64,000 nt of DNA from Vicugna vicugna. Taxonomy: Eukaryota. Shown here piece after piece: positions 63,258 through 64,000 of this stretch. How positions within the stretch are numbered: position 1 is the first letter of the stretch; every line of letters starts with the position of its first letter. The DNA is taken from the NCBI GenBank assembly GCA_013265495.1, contig MU058815.1:690523-754522 (forward strand), given 5' to 3'. The notes beneath the pieces are model-generated. The model was not told the DNA's origin, ran no database searches, and was given only the letters and a program-made list of their open reading frames with translations. The position numbers were made by a program, and so were the translations under genes.

Positions 63258-64000
63258 AATAAATGTATATAACATTAAATAACGTAATGTAGGTGTAGAT
63301 TCCCAAATACATTTGGATGTACAGGTTGACTATGGAGTCCTTCTTTCTGATGATAATTGGTGTAGAAATGTGTGAATTTGGGCGGCTTTTAGTATCTTGC
63401 CTACCCCTGCGTGAAACATTGGGGTTTTTTAAAATGTGTGTGTCATACTTCTTTTGGGAGTGGGGATTGTCTTATTCTGTTTTTTTTTCTGAGACTTCTA
63501 CGGGAGCTAAATTTGTAATTTAGAAACATTTAAGTTTGTTAATCCTGTCTGGGGCACTTAAGTCACATCTAAAGCATTACTGCTTTGGAGTGTTAAAATA
63601 AGATTTCCTGACCAAATTGTTTTGTGAAAATATGTGTGTTTGCAACTTGAAGATATCTTTTCAAAAGGCAGTATTACCGAATGCAATTTTTCTTTAATAT
63701 ACTATAAGCTATGCTTTTCTGACACAGGGGACCCCCATTTTAAAATCCCCAAGTTTGCTTACATCTAGATTATCCAGTACGATCACAGCGTGAATGACAA
63801 GCCCTCTGAATGAAATTGTGGCACGAGGTCTGTTCAGGTTGGTGTACCGTATAAAGTGGGGATGGGTAAAAGTGGTAAGCCTACTGCGGGATGAGCAAAA
63901 AAAGTTACTAAAAAAAAAAGTGACATTTCACATTAGTATTTCTCTTGACACAAAGAGCTTTCTAGAAATATATATATATTAAAGTTCTCTTTTAGTCATA

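Larger units (their letters stand above)
60921..63914 (+). pseudogene. TM9SF3: TM9SF3 (transmembrane 9 superfamily member 3) processed pseudogene, 5'UTR to poly(A), with internal deletion
   Basis: Intronless. ATG at 61115 gives MRPLPGA.GVAAA. ORF 61227-61709 ([21 protein letters not shown]...[12 protein letters not shown]) and the downstream fragments ([14 protein letters not shown].., [22 protein letters not shown], stop ending 62267) match TM9SF3 as recalled. Disablements: +1 frameshift ~61224, TAA 61707, TGA 61752, frameshift ~61815, TGA 62038, frameshift ~62090. A ~1.6-kb 3'UTR ends in an A-run at 63910-63919. TSD aaaaagggacatttc (60906-60920) / aaaaagtgacatttc (63915-63929). Confidence 0.97.

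Overview
This is mammalian genomic DNA, most likely from a camelid. That call is inferred from seven copies of a ~140-bp tRNA-derived SINE resembling camelid Vic-1 plus cetartiodactyl-type L1 3' ends. The window looks intergenic or deep-intronic: I found no intact protein-coding gene, and almost all ORFs in the supplied track are chance or repeat-derived. The only clear gene-derived sequence is a TM9SF3 processed pseudogene at 60921-63914, complete from 5'UTR to poly(A) and flanked by a 15-bp target-site duplication (TSD). It carries an in-frame ~600-nt internal deletion, a fourfold tandem amplification of its start codon, a retained CpG-rich 5' end and a nested 43-bp L1 tail. The rest is mostly transposable elements: L1s of several ages, ERV1-type solo LTRs, MLT1/MLT2, MER3/MER8/MER20/MADE2, L2 and MIR, plus a 70-bp minisatellite with dimeric higher-order structure. 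The most unusual items are a ~350-bp bipartite L1 (5' promoter end fused to 3' tail), a near-full-length L1 whose ORF2 core is replaced by two back-to-back L1 tails, many ultra-short L1 tails, and a strong AT-to-GC substitution bias suggesting GC-biased gene conversion. Repeat family names and the parent-gene comparison come from my recall of consensus sequences, not from a search, and boundaries of old repeats are approximate.
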